The notes beneath the pieces are model-generated. The model searched no databases. It had not been told where the DNA came from and saw only the letters and a program-made list of their open reading frames with translations. A stretch of DNA of 63,685 nucleotides, counting the filler, from Octopus bimaculoides (lineage: Eukaryota): NCBI RefSeq assembly GCF_001194135.2. It is 4 parts of 3 records of this genome, joined end to end, with 100 filler letters (N's around TTAATTAATTAA, not from the genome) between each part and the next. Parts side by side here need not be neighbours in the genome. Positions count along the whole stretch, not along the records: positions 32,794 to 62,284 come from NC_068984.1; positions 62,385 to 63,685 come from NW_026412247.1; 2 more parts are not named here. One strand, 5' to 3'. The translations under genes were made by a program, and so were the position numbers. Shown one piece after another: positions 50,878-63,685 of this stretch (positions are counted from its first letter, which is position 1; the number at the start of each line of letters is the position of its first letter).

Positions 50878-52214
50878 TTGTTATGTGTAACCTCATTCAT
50901 AGATAGCTACTCTGTTGGACCAATGAGATTGACAACAGCACTGGCTCTTATTTGCAGGAATCCGCGCACAAATTATTTAATGATGCATATGTTCTGAGGA
51001 TCCATGAGCATATTCTGCGGGCAACATCGACTTTTTTGTTGCTGTACACACTCCAGCTAAGGTTGCTGTCGACATGACAGAAAATGTCAGACAGACAGCT
51101 CAGTTATTCCTCTCCATTTTTTTTTTGTAAATTCTTAAACATATCTCCTTCTGTATATATATATATATATATATATTACCACACAAACATGATTTTTATT
51201 GAATTTAAAATATTTCTTGAAGTCCCTTTCTTGAATACTTTCTTGTAAACTGTTTTTAACATTTTCTTATCATTATCAAAAACTGTATAACTGTATTTTG
51301 ATACTTTTGTGATAACCATTTTTTAACACAATAAAGCTTATACAAAGCTTTACATTTTACTTTTGACAATCTTTTCTAAAAAAGTGAAACTGGTCAAGTC
51401 AATAAACATCTCTAAAAGACCTTTGCATTTTCAAATCTTCTGTCATATATATATTTATATATAATTCCCTTTAGCATAAGAGATATTTTTTCTCCACGGT
51501 AACTGCAGTGAATTTAGGCGTTAAATATGTCACAAACATATTTTCACTTAGCCTAATGGTCATTTATTCATCATCGCTTCTTAATCGGTGATGTTGCTAT
51601 TTTGATTCCGACCAGGCGGTCCTCAAGTGTTTCTCAGTTACAGATGTTGTTGAATCCGTCTGTGATTATCTCCTTCCAGTATTTCTTATTGAGGACAGCT
51701 AAAGAACCAGAAATGCACCTGGGAATCCGCTAGAGGAAAGCAGTGGCCAGATATGTTGCTATTTTTTACACGTTTTACTGTAAGGGAGAATTGCTTTCGC
51801 CACAGTAGCTGCAGAGGATTTGCTGTTTAAATAAACCTAAAGTTCATATATATATATATGTGTGTGTGTGTGTGTTCGTGTGTATAATATATATATATAT
51901 GCTTATATATGTATATGCTTAGGCAATATATATATATATGTATGTATGCATGTATGCATGTATGTATGTATGTATAATATATATATAGTTGAAATTTACA
52001 GAAAAATAAAAGACGAAGACAGGTGTATAAACAACAAGCAGGTGTAATAGTTTGACGCTCGGGAAGGTGAGAAAGTCTTTTACGTTTCGAGCCTACGCTC
52101 TTCAACAGAAAGGAACGCGAGGAAATAAGCAGATAGAGAATATACGTGCATGCATACATGCGTACATAAATATATGTGCGCGTTTGTGTGTGAGTGTGTG
52201 TGTGCGTACCTGTG

Positions 52215-52420
52215 TGTGTGGAGATGTGTCGGTCTATGGCCCCCACCACCGTTTGGCAACCGGTGTTGGTGTGGTTACGTCCCCGTAACGTAATGACCGA
52301 TAAAATAATACCTGGCTTAGAAATAAATACTGGAATCGATTCGCTCGCCTATAGTTCTTGAAGGTGGTGCCCCAGCATGGCCGCAGTCTAATGACTGAAA
52401 CAAATAAAAGAAATAAAAGA
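52215..52420 (+). mobile_element. SINE family B, 3' half
   Basis: ggcaaccggtgttggtgtggttacgtccccgtaac...ggtgccccagcatggccgcagtctaatgactgaaac. Confidence 0.8.
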
Positions 52421-53261
52421 TGAAATATAAATATACAAAAATTTGAAATCAAAGAGGAAGCCACTACATGGAACATTGGCCTGCTAGAAATAGCAACAAA
52501 AACTTCCTCATATCACAATATTAAGACTTTTAAAAAAAGGAAAGAAAAAGAGCAAGCAATAAGGTCACATTATACTATGTAGTCCTAGATACACTGTGCA
52601 TGAAAATATGTAATTGATGATCATAGCTGGAAATACTTCAATCATAGATCTCGTTTAAAGCCGTCCTGGGGTTAAATAGTAATAAAACTTACTATATTAC
52701 ATGTTATTGTTTAGTCCCGGACGAAAAGTGATCGGACAGACGACCCTACCGTGACCATCTCAACTTTAATTAAAGATAGAGTATGTCGATGAAATCCTTA
52801 TTTGGTAGTCTATTCAACAAGACTGCATTGGTGGCGGAATGGAAGCGCTGAAGAGGGAGTTCGCTGTTATTTCTAGCATACAAAACGAACACGTGCAGGC
52901 TTTCCCCACCAATGGCTCTAGTTAGCATCATCGTTGTTGTTGTTGGTGGTGGTGCTGGGGCCGGTGGTCGTCGTCGTGGTGATGAAAGTGGTGGTAGTGG
53001 TGGTCGTGGTGGTTTCTTTCTGGTGGTGGTGGTGGTGGTGGTTTGTGGTGGGCGTGGTAGTAGTGGTGGTAAGGACGTGGATCCGCAGCAGGGTCCAAGA
53101 ATTCTGATAGTCGTGATGACGACTACGACGACGACAATAACGATCGCGGTCTTTGTGGTGGTGGTATGGGCTGTAGTGGGAGAGTGGTGTTGGCAGGGAT
53201 AATGCCGGTGGTGGCGGGTTGTCGTTGTAGTAGCGGTGCCGATCAGGTTGATCGTAATGCT

Positions 53262-53650
53262 GATTCACACACACACACACACACATGCACACACACAAAC
53301 ATACACGTACACACACTCACGCACACACACAAGTACACAACTAAACACACACGGACAAACACATACACACGCACTCATACGTACACACGCACACACACAC
53401 ACACACACAAACATACACGCTCTCACAAACACACGCACACACACAGGCGTACACCCACATGTACACACACACACACACAAACACACACATGTACAAACAC
53501 ACACAGGCGTACACACACATGTACACACACACATGTACACACACAAACACACACTCGCACATGCATACAAACACACACACAGAAACACTCACGTACGCAC
53601 ACTTACGTACACACGCTCACGCACACACGCATACAAAGACACACACACGC
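53262..53650. repeat. Degenerate (CA)n tract with ~60-bp internal duplications
   Basis: acacacaggcgtacac.cacatgtacacacacaca repeated. Confidence 0.9.
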
Positions 53651-55122
53651 TTTGTTGTCTGTAGTAGTAGAAATACGACCAAGTATTAATGAAGCTGGAG
53701 TTTTTTTTTTTACTACTACTACCACCACCACCACCACCACCACCACCACCACCACTACTANNNNNNNNNNNNNNNNNNNNNNNNNNNNNNNNNNNNNNNN
53801 NNNNNNNNNNNNNNNNNNNNNNNNNNNNNNNNNNNNNNNNNNNNNNNNNNNNNNNNNNNNNNNNNNNNNNNNNNNNNNNNNNNNNNNNNNNNNNNNNNNN
53901 NNNNNNNNNNNNNNNNNNNNNNNNNNNNNNNNNNNNNNNNNNNNNNNNNNNNNNNNNNNNNNNNNNNNNNNNNNNNNNNNNNNNNNNNNNNNNNNNNNNN
54001 NNNNNNNNNNNNNNNNNNNNNNNNNNNNNNNNNNNNNNNNNNNNNNNNNNNNNNNNNNNNNNNNNNNNNNNNNNNNNNNNNNNNNNNNNNNNNNNNNNNN
54101 NNNNNNNNNNNNNNNNNNNNNNNNNNNNNNNNNNNNNNNNNNNNNNNNNNNNNNNNNNNNNNNNNNNNNNNNNNNNNNNNNNNNNNNNNNNNNNNNNNNN
54201 NNNNNNNNNNNNNNNNNNNNNNNNNNNNNNNNNNNNNNNNNNNNNNNNNNNNNNNNNNNNNNNNNNNNNNNNNNNNNNNNNNNNNNNNNNNNNNNNNNNN
54301 NNNNNNNNNNNNNNNNNNNNNNNNNNNNNNNNNNNNNNNNNNNNNNNNNNNNNNNNNNNNNNNNNNNNNNNNNNNNNNNNNNNNNNNNNNNNNNNNNNNN
54401 NNNNNNNNNNNNNNNNNNNNNNNNNNNNNNNNNNNNNNNNNNNNNNNNNNNNNNNNNNNNNNNNNNNNNNNNNNNNNNNNNNNNNNNNNNNNNNNNNNNN
54501 NNNNNNNNNNNNNNNNNNNNNNNNNNNNNNNNNNNNNNNNNNNNNNNNNNNNNNNNNNNNNNNNNNNNNNNNNNNNNNNNNNNNNNNNNNNNCGGACATA
54601 TGTATGTATATATGTATATGTATAGATATACCATTATGTCGGTGTTGTTCTTTCTATCCCAAGTCAACCTTGTGATAAAAAAAAGGCGGTCAGTCAGTGA
54701 CCATCCCGTCTGAGATATACACTTCATTATCCTACATGGTCCATCGTATATATATATTTTTTCTTTTTGAACACTTGAGTGCGTGAAATGAGAGGGTTTT
54801 CATTGCTCTTTCTAGCATCTCCACAAACCGTACCGCGCACGGCTCTCTAATTGTGTGTGCGTGTCTGCATCTGTGTGTGTGTGTGTGTTTGTGTGTTTAC
54901 ATCCATGTACAACTATAAGTTATAGGAACCAAGAAACTGGATCGAGAGGAAAACTCTCAGTAATAATTCCATATCCAAAGGCACCACTGGAGCCACCCCA
55001 CCACCATTACCATCAATAACGATTATTATTATTATTATTGTTACTATTATTATTATTATTATCATTATTACTATTATTTTTATTATTATTACTACTACTA
55101 TTATTATAATTATCATTATTAC

Positions 55123-55167
<45 letters not shown>

Positions 55168-55210
55168 CATCATTATCCATTATCATTATCACTATTATTC
55201 ATGATTATTA

Positions 55211-55260
<50 letters not shown>

Positions 55261-55579
55261 ACTACTACTAATAATAATAATAAGCGAAGCCGACTTTGTC
55301 GTTACCGACGCCAACGCCACATGCCTATCTTCATCACCATAAGCACCACCACTACCACCGCCGCCGCTGCCACCGCCGCCACCACCATCCCCACTACCGC
55401 CACCACCACCACCACCATCGCTGTGAGCATCAGCATCAGCATCAACATCAACATCAACACCAACATCAAACGCATCGGCTTCTACTCGGCCACCATCACC
55501 ATCGTTACAACAATCATCTTCCACTCCGTTCACACAAGATTATGTGATACATACACACATACATACGTACACACATACA

Positions 55580-55615
<36 letters not shown>

Positions 55616-55832
55616 GATAGATAGAGAGAGAGAGAGAGAAAAGGAGAGAGAGATATAGTTATAGATATATGTCATCGTTATTACCGACTTCATCATCTTC
55701 ATCATCAATGCCGTTGTCATAGCTATGAATATCGCCTCCATACACACACACACACACACACATACACACATGCATACGTGCACATGCTAACATGCAAAAT
55801 ATGGGTAATATCTCTTGCTATTAGTAAGGAGG

Positions 55833-55887
<55 letters not shown>

Positions 55888-56049
55888 CCTGTTTATAGTC
55901 ATGTAAAAGCTCAATCAGACATACACACGTATACACATGTAGACATCTACACACATTCATGTGTAGGCAAGTACAGACACATACAGGAAAGCACAGTTGT
56001 ACACGAACTCTTTCATATACACAAGAGATATATACAAACATCTATACAC

Positions 56050-56081
<32 letters not shown>

Positions 56082-56094
56082 ATACTCTTCACTC

Positions 56095-56294
56095 TTTTAC
56101 TTGTTTCAGTTATTTGACTGCGGCCATGCTGGAGCACCACTTTTAGTCGAGCAAATCGACCCCAGGACTTATTCGTTGGAAGCCTAGTACTTCTTCTATC
56201 GCTCTCTTTTGCCGAATCGCTAAGTCACATGAACGTAAACACACCAGCATCGGTTGTCAAGCGATGTTGGGAGGACATGTACAGACACACAAAC

Positions 56295-56328
<34 letters not shown>

Positions 56329-56490
56329 GACGGGCTTCTTTCTGTTTCCGTCTACCAAATCCACTCACAAGGCTTTGGTCGGCCCGAGGCTATAGTAGAG
56401 GACACTTGCCCAAGGTGCCATGAAGTGGGAATGAACCCGGAACTAAGTGGCTGGTAAGCAAGCTACTTACCACATAGTCACACCTGCGCC
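56095..56490 (-). mobile_element. SINE family B with internal (TA)n
   Basis: Full-length match to 48700-49078. Confidence 0.9.
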
Positions 56491-56497
56491 TAAATGG

Positions 56498-56539
<42 letters not shown>

Positions 56540-57229
56540 CTGTGCACATATGCATATACACATGCATATACACAGCCTGTACCCGTATGGAGCCATCTAC
56601 ACACTAGCACACACTCATGTCTATACACAAGCACAAGTACCCGTATGGTGAAAATATACATATACATACATGCAGGCACAAACACGTATACATCCGTTAG
56701 AGCCAAGTACACTGACATACATTCGCAACACACACACAAACACACAAGCAAGTATATGCACACATATGTACGCACACCCAGACAAAAACACCCGTGTATA
56801 TCCGTACACACATATTCATACACACATCCGTAAACACATACATTGGTGTACGACGAGTTACATACAGACCTCTGGCAAACGCGGCAAACAGACAGTTAAA
56901 GTTACACACACACATCGTTGTACAATCAAAACACGCGCACATATGTACACAAATGCAAACGCATAGACACAAACATGTAAACACATAACAATAGACGCGC
57001 GTATACACGCACACACTTTAATAAATGTTGAGACGGTTGGTCCTTAACTAAACAGTCGAACGTTATGCTTCTCTCTGTTTTATTGACTACAATACTTTCC
57101 CCCAGCTCACAGCCTCCATATCGATGGTCGTTAAAGAAGTCATAGTCAAAAAACACAAACATATCTACAAGCAATATATATATTTATATATATATATATA
57201 GATTGATCGATAGATAGATAGATAGATAC

Positions 57230-57296
<67 letters not shown>

Positions 57297-57399
57297 TACA
57301 ATTAATAATTAAGGGTACTATTAATTGATAATTTTTACCTTTAGGGGTGGTTTTTTACGCATGCTAAACCACTGATATTATTGTAAATAATGATATCTT

Positions 57400-57431
<32 letters not shown>

Positions 57432-57760
57432 NNNNNNNNNNNNNNNNNNNNNNNNNNNNNNNNNNNNNNNNNNNNNNNNNNNNNNNNNNNNNNNNNNNNN
57501 NNNNNNNNNNNNNNNNNNNNNNNNNNNNNNNNNNNNNNNNNNNNNNNNNNNNNNNNNNNNNNNNNNNNNNNNNNNNNNNNNNNNNNNNNNNNNNNNNNNN
57601 NNNNNNNNNNNNNNNNNNNNNNNNNNNNNNNNNNNNNNNNNNNNNNNNNNNNNNNNNNNNNNNNNNNNNNNNNNNNNNNNNNNNNNNNNNNNNNNNNNNN
57701 NNNNNNNNNNNNNNNNNNNNNNNNNNNNNNNNNNNNNNNNNNNNNNNNNNNNNNNNNNNN

Positions 57761-57809
<49 letters not shown>

Positions 57810-57980
57810 TGTTTATATATGTGTGTGTATGTGTGTGTGTGTATATATATATATATATAATAAATGTGTATTTAAGTATGTGTGTATAAACAACTGGTTC
57901 TAGGTGCAGCGCACAGACGCAGTGAAAACTCCAAGGTCTCTCTCTTTCTCTCTTTCACTCTCAGCCTCTCTCTCACTCTG

Positions 57981-58019
<39 letters not shown>

Positions 58020-58207
58020 NNNNNNNNNNCTCCTCCTCCTCCTCCTCCTCCTCCTCTCTTACGCTCCACAACAGACAAACACCTCCCTTTAGATTCTCCT
58101 CCTCTCTCTCTCTCTCTCACTCTCTCACTCTCTCTATCTCTTTTCTCGCTTTCTCACTGTTTTCCGTCTCTCTCTCTCTCTTTTCTCTCCGTCTCTCCGT
58201 CTCTCCG

Positions 58208-58278
<71 letters not shown>

Positions 58279-59087
58279 GTAACCATTTGCCAGCGGTCTA
58301 TCTCACTCATGAGAACATGTTAGCTAGCGTGAAGCACATGGCCTGTTATGTACCCTCACAGTTTTTAAGGAACCAAGCGCTCATACCGAGAAGGGCCAAA
58401 CGGCTGATACTCTAATAATTTGCTTACTACAAACAATAACCGAAGCAACAAGTCAAACAAAACAAAAACAAAAAACAAAAGAAAAAAAACAAAAAACAAA
58501 AAGCGAAAAATATCCACACAAACATACAAAAAAAAAAGAATGCAACAAAAGTAACCCCTAAAAAAAATCAAATGAAAACAAACCAAAACGAAATTTAAAT
58601 CCGAAGGAAAAAAGGAAAAAATTATACATCACGTTGATTGAAGCTATATACTTCAGTTTTGTTTTTATATACATATTTATATATACATACATATATACAC
58701 ATAACTGCATATGCTTAATCAAACATAAATACTAACTTACATACATTCATATACACGGAAATTAGGTATATATAAAAAAAAAACATACATACATACAAAT
58801 AGTCGTACATACATACAAACAACCATATATACATACATACACATTTGTATATACATATATGTATATATATAAGAACAACGGTAAGAATTGCAAACGTGGA
58901 ATTGGAGCTGGATTCCGGTAAGGCTGGAGGGTCATACTTGGAAAGGTAGGTGTATTATTTCGTGAAGGGGACACCAAAAAAGAAAAAAAACAATAAATAA
59001 ATAACTAAATAAATAAAGGGATGGGAAGAAAAAGTGGGTAGAGTTCCGGGTAAAGAAAGTGAAAATGAAACAAAACAGGGCGAAACG

Positions 59088-59122
<35 letters not shown>

Positions 59123-59141
59123 CGGGTATTGGGATTTTCAA

Positions 59142-59181
<40 letters not shown>

Positions 59182-59360
59182 TATTATTATTATTATCATT
59201 GTTATTATCATTGGTGTTCTTAATGTTGTTCATATCATGGTTGTGGTTCCATAAAAACACCTGTTGTATGTGTGTGTATATATATATATATACATATATA
59301 TATATGTGTGTTCTGTAATAGTGTGTCATGTGAGTGCGTGCGTTTCTGATTGTCTATGCA

Positions 59361-59413
<53 letters not shown>

Positions 59414-59794
59414 GTGTTTTTGTTTCGTCTCTAACGAGTTATATGCTGTAATTACACCTACTTCCGTATTATGATCTGAAGATTTTACCGGTGGATGAGT
59501 ATACTGCATATTCACAACAACACACGTACACACATACAGATTACATACATACATACCTACATACACACATACATACAGATACACACATACATACATACAT
59601 ACATACATACATACAAATAGATATACATACATACATGTAGATATACATATATACATACCTAAACAGAGATACATACATATTGTTTTAGTGGTTTCAGTCG
59701 TAAGACTAAGGTCAGGCTGGAGCACCATCATAGATATATATACATACACGTATATACATATATATATAAAATATAGACATACAAGTCTGTGTGC

Positions 59795-59850
<56 letters not shown>

Positions 59851-60127
59851 GCGCATATATATATACTCATATATAAATGGATGTGTATACATATATGTAT
59901 ATATATATATATATGTATGTATGTATATTATTAAACATATGTATAAGCGAATATTTGTGGTCGTGTATATTTGTATGTATACATATTTATGAATATATAT
60001 ATGCGTGTGTATATATTTCTAAACATACATGTGTGTGTATATATGTACTACACACGCAACAGCTTCCAAACCACATGATGTGTGTGCGTGTGCATGCGTG
60101 CATTCGTTCGTGCGTTCGTGTGTGCGT

Positions 60128-60189
<62 letters not shown>

Positions 60190-60547
60190 AGTAATCTCAG
60201 CTTATTTATCAGTGTTTCTTGTTCAGCGTGTTCGAATGTTCTTTAGTGTTTGAAACTGAGACGAATTACCTTTCCCACCCACTCCCCGTCCTTTAGTTTA
60301 TCCGTATGGAAGATTATCGGGGAAAGAAGAGACAAAAGAACACAAGGATAACAACAACAACAAAAAATAAATAAAAACACAGCGAAAAATACGATAACCT
60401 CATTTCGAATCCATCAACAATAAGTTTGTATCGATACCCACACGAATATCGATGAATCTACGAGCGAATAACTATATTGCATTTTATACACACATCTCTC
60501 CATTCACAACAACCACATATCTATCTATCTATCTATCTATATATATA

Positions 60548-60605
60548 TATATTTATATAAAGGGCATTATTATTTTTCTATAATAATGCCCTTTATATAA
60601 ATATA
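60548..60605. repeat. 26-bp-arm perfect hairpin with 6-nt loop
   Basis: tatatttatataaagggcattattat-ttttct-ataataatgccctttatataaatata. Confidence 0.9.
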
Positions 60606-61418
60606 AATATAAATATAAACGAATAATTATATTCTTGGGAATAGAAATTTCCCTAATGAATTTTTTTACACACTTTTTGAATTTATTTTTATATANNNNN
60701 NNNNNNNNNNNNNNNNNNNNNNNNNNNNNNNNNNNNNNNNNNNNNNNNNNNNNNNNNNNNNNNNNNNNNNNNNNNNNNNNNNNNNNNNNNNNNNNNNNNN
60801 NNNNNNNNNNNNNNNNNNNNNNNNNNNNNNNNNNNNNNNNNNNNNNNNNNNNNNNNNNNNNNNNNNNNNNNNNNNNNNNNNNNNNNNNNNNNNNNNNNNN
60901 NNNNNNNNNNNNNNNNNNNNNNNNNNNNNNNNNNNNNNNNNNNNNNNNNNNNNNNNNNNNNNNNNNNNNNNNNNNNNNNNNNNNNNNNNNNNNNNNNNNN
61001 NNNNNNNNNNNNNNNNNNNNNNNNNNNNNNNNNNNNNNNNNNNNNNNNNNNNNNNNNNNNNNNNNNNNNNNNNNNNNNNNNNNNNNNNNNNNNNNNNNNN
61101 NNNNNNNNNNNNNNNNNNNNNNNNNNNNNNNNNNNNNNNNNNNNNNNNNNNNNNNNNNNNNTTGTGTAACTAAACATCTCGTGGTTGCTGTTGTTGTTGT
61201 TGTTGGTGTGGTGGTTCTGGTTGTCGTCGGTCATCTTCGTCGTCCACGTAGTCACCATCATCATCATCATCATCATTACCATCATCATTATCATCATCAC
61301 CATCACCATTATCATCATCATCATCGTCATCATCGTCATTGTCATCATCATCACCGTCGTTGTCATCGTTGCTGCCGTCATCATCATCATCATCAACAGT
61401 AGCATAACTAACACCATC

Positions 61419-61449
<31 letters not shown>

Positions 61450-61683
61450 CTATCATTGCAATAGCCGATAGCCTTTACGAATGCTATTGTTGTCTTTATC
61501 GTCGTTGCCTCCTACCCCACCCCCTCCACCTCATCGTTATCGTAATAATAATTCTTTCCAATTTCGGTGCAAAGCCATCCATTTTGAGGGGAGGGGCAAG
61601 CCGATTACATAGACCCTGTTCTTGGCTGTTAGTTTACTAGTCAATAACAACAGTAACAAAGACGACGACATATACATACATGC

Positions 61684-61729
<46 letters not shown>

Positions 61730-61752
61730 GTGGTTTCTATTATTATCCACAG

Positions 61753-61879
61753 GGGGTATAAAAGAGGGGCTGATCACACAAGTTCAGGCAACAATTTGTA
61801 TTGGGATTTCCTTAAAGGATGGTGCTGGAAAGAAACGGAAAAGCTGGAGAAATGCGATAAAGCATTTCAGGGGTACAAA
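61753..61879 (+). CDS. Candidate orphan exon (127 nt), product unknown
   Basis: Acceptor tattatccacAG and donor GTatgt around a purine-rich unique stretch; two frames are open. No family recognised. Confidence 0.25.
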
Positions 61880-62328
61880 GTATGTGATAACATGAATGAT
61901 GTGGTCCCTTCTCCCCCCCCCCTTCCGATATGGGAGAAACTTCAACTGAGTCTAAGCAAGAAGCCCTAAAGATCCAGGATTATTCTGATTTCCCCCCTCC
62001 GGCCCGCCCCCAAAAGGCACGAGTTATTATCCCAACTGTTTTTGTCACATCGTCACCGTCGCCATGATGATCAACAATTTCTTCATCCACACTAACATCG
62101 TTGTTTTCATAGGCGCCACCTCTATCGTCTTCACCGCCGTCGCCATCATCATTGCACCGCCACCACCACCTCCACCACTACCACCGCCACCATTAACGTC
62201 ACAATCATCTTCATCATCGTCATATTTATATATATATATGGATGCATGTGTAAATATAATAGTGTATACATATATATATATATANNNNNNNNNNNNNNNN
62301 NNNNNNNNNNNNNNNNNNNNNNNNNNNN

Positions 62329-62340
62329 TTAATTAATTAA
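62329..62340. other. Assembly linker TTAATTAATTAA inside a 100-bp gap (62285-62384)
   Basis: Same layout as at 3361. Confidence 0.9.
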
Positions 62341-62804
62341 NNNNNNNNNNNNNNNNNNNNNNNNNNNNNNNNNNNNNNNNNNNNTTGATGTTCCGTGTGT
62401 CACTGTGGTTCGTCTGAGTTCATTGTTTCATTGTTGTTGTCTTGTGTGACTGTCGTAGTAAAATGTCATTGATATATATGGCGGACATGACTTTTGTTTA
62501 TTAACACAACGAACATTGGGTGAGTGCGTTCTTTGTATGTAATTGAATAATAAATGTAATAATTAAATTTGTATAACTCATTGTGTTATCTCTGCGAGTC
62601 TTCCGAGGGAAATACAACAACTACTACAACTACTACTACTACTAATAATAATAATAATAATAATACTGATAATGATGGTGATTTATAAACACTGGAGATT
62701 ATGGAAGAACAGTGAAAACAAGTGAAGAGGTGTTGAGATGAGATGTGATGATGTAACCAGGAAACAAATCGATCCCTGAAGTCCCAAATGCCATTCCACC
62801 TCTG

Positions 62805-63420
62805 CATAATGAAGACACATTGCTGATGAGATAAGGGGTCTCACGGATATGGGCACTCGTTTTTGATGATGCAAGCGGTTTCACGGATATGAAGCCAGAT
62901 TTTTGATGATGTAAGGGGTCTCACAGATATGAAAACACATTCTTAATGTCATGAGGGGTCTCACAGATATGAAGACACTTTTCTGATGATATAAGGGGTC
63001 TCATGAATATGGAGACACGTTTTTGATTATGTAAGGGGTCTTGTGGATATGAAGACATATTTTTTATGTTTTAAGGGGTCTCACAGATATGAAAACACAT
63101 TCTTAATGTCATGAGGGGTCTCACAGATATGAAGACACTTTTCTGATGATATAAGGGGTCTCATGAAAATGCAGACACATTTTTGATTATGTAAGGGATC
63201 TCGTGGATATGAAGGCATATTTTTTGTTTTAAGGGGTTTCACGGATATGAAAACACAATTTTGATGATATAAGGGGTCTCACAGATACGACGACACATTT
63301 TTTTTTTTTTATGTTGTAAGGGGTCTCAGGGTCTCCTGGATATGAACATACATTTCCGATGACGTAGGGGATCTCATGGCCATAAAAAAAGACAATATGT
63401 CTGATGATGTAAGGGGCCGT
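62805..63420. repeat. ~40-bp minisatellite (about 15 units) with a ~160-bp higher-order repeat
   Basis: Consensus tgatgatgtaaggggtctcacagatatgaagacacatttt; 4-unit blocks start at 62913, 63073 and 63231. Confidence 0.93.
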
Positions 63421-63685
63421 GGATGGATTGAGAGAGATTTTGAAGTAACATCAACATCAACAAACACCACCACTGCAACGAAACAGCAGCAGCAGCAGCA
63501 GTAAAAAAAAACAAAACAGGAAGCAAGTAATTTGTGAGGAAAGTGAAAGACGAGGTCAGTGAAAGCTTGAAACCTTCAACACACTAACAGCAGCATGCTT
63601 GTGTGAATGTGTGTGTGTGTGTGTGTGCATAAAAGCATGTGGTATTCCTTCCTTTCCTCCCCCTCCCCCCCCTCGACTATTTGTT

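Noticed and set aside
51700-51830. Zinc-finger-like CSYCGES on the minus strand
   Set aside because: A stop codon follows within a few residues and there is no His pair.
62805-63420. CRISPR array
   Set aside because: No unique spacers, no cas genes, and a eukaryotic context.

Overview
Repeat-rich, gappy eukaryotic genomic DNA, most likely a cephalopod (Octopus-like). That assignment is an inference from the SINE/RTE families and the very high microsatellite density. Three 100-bp gaps holding a TTAATTAATTAA linker split the window into four joined blocks: 1-3316, 3417-32693, 32794-62284 and 62385-63685. Only four host exons are recognisable, all in block 2. Two belong to an RNF113A/CWC24 spliceosomal gene on the minus strand (14822-14911, 7957-8064). 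Two belong to a CRPPA/ISPD ribitol-5-phosphate cytidylyltransferase on the plus strand (21818-21918, 24411-24560). The genes appear divergent, and I did not find their first exons or promoter. The rest is decayed transposons (six RTE fragments, a Penelope-like element, R4/Dong-type elements, piggyBac, hAT, Tc1/mariner), three SINE families, microsatellites, a CpG-dense ACGW satellite and a 40-bp minisatellite. I found no intact transposase or RT ORF, no CRISPR array and no clearly new biological system. Almost all long ORFs in the supplied track are artefacts of N-gaps or microsatellites. The best leads are a CpG-decay contrast between blocks 2 and 3, several inverted-repeat structures, a dimeric SINE, and higher-order structure in both satellites. 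TE boundaries are approximate.
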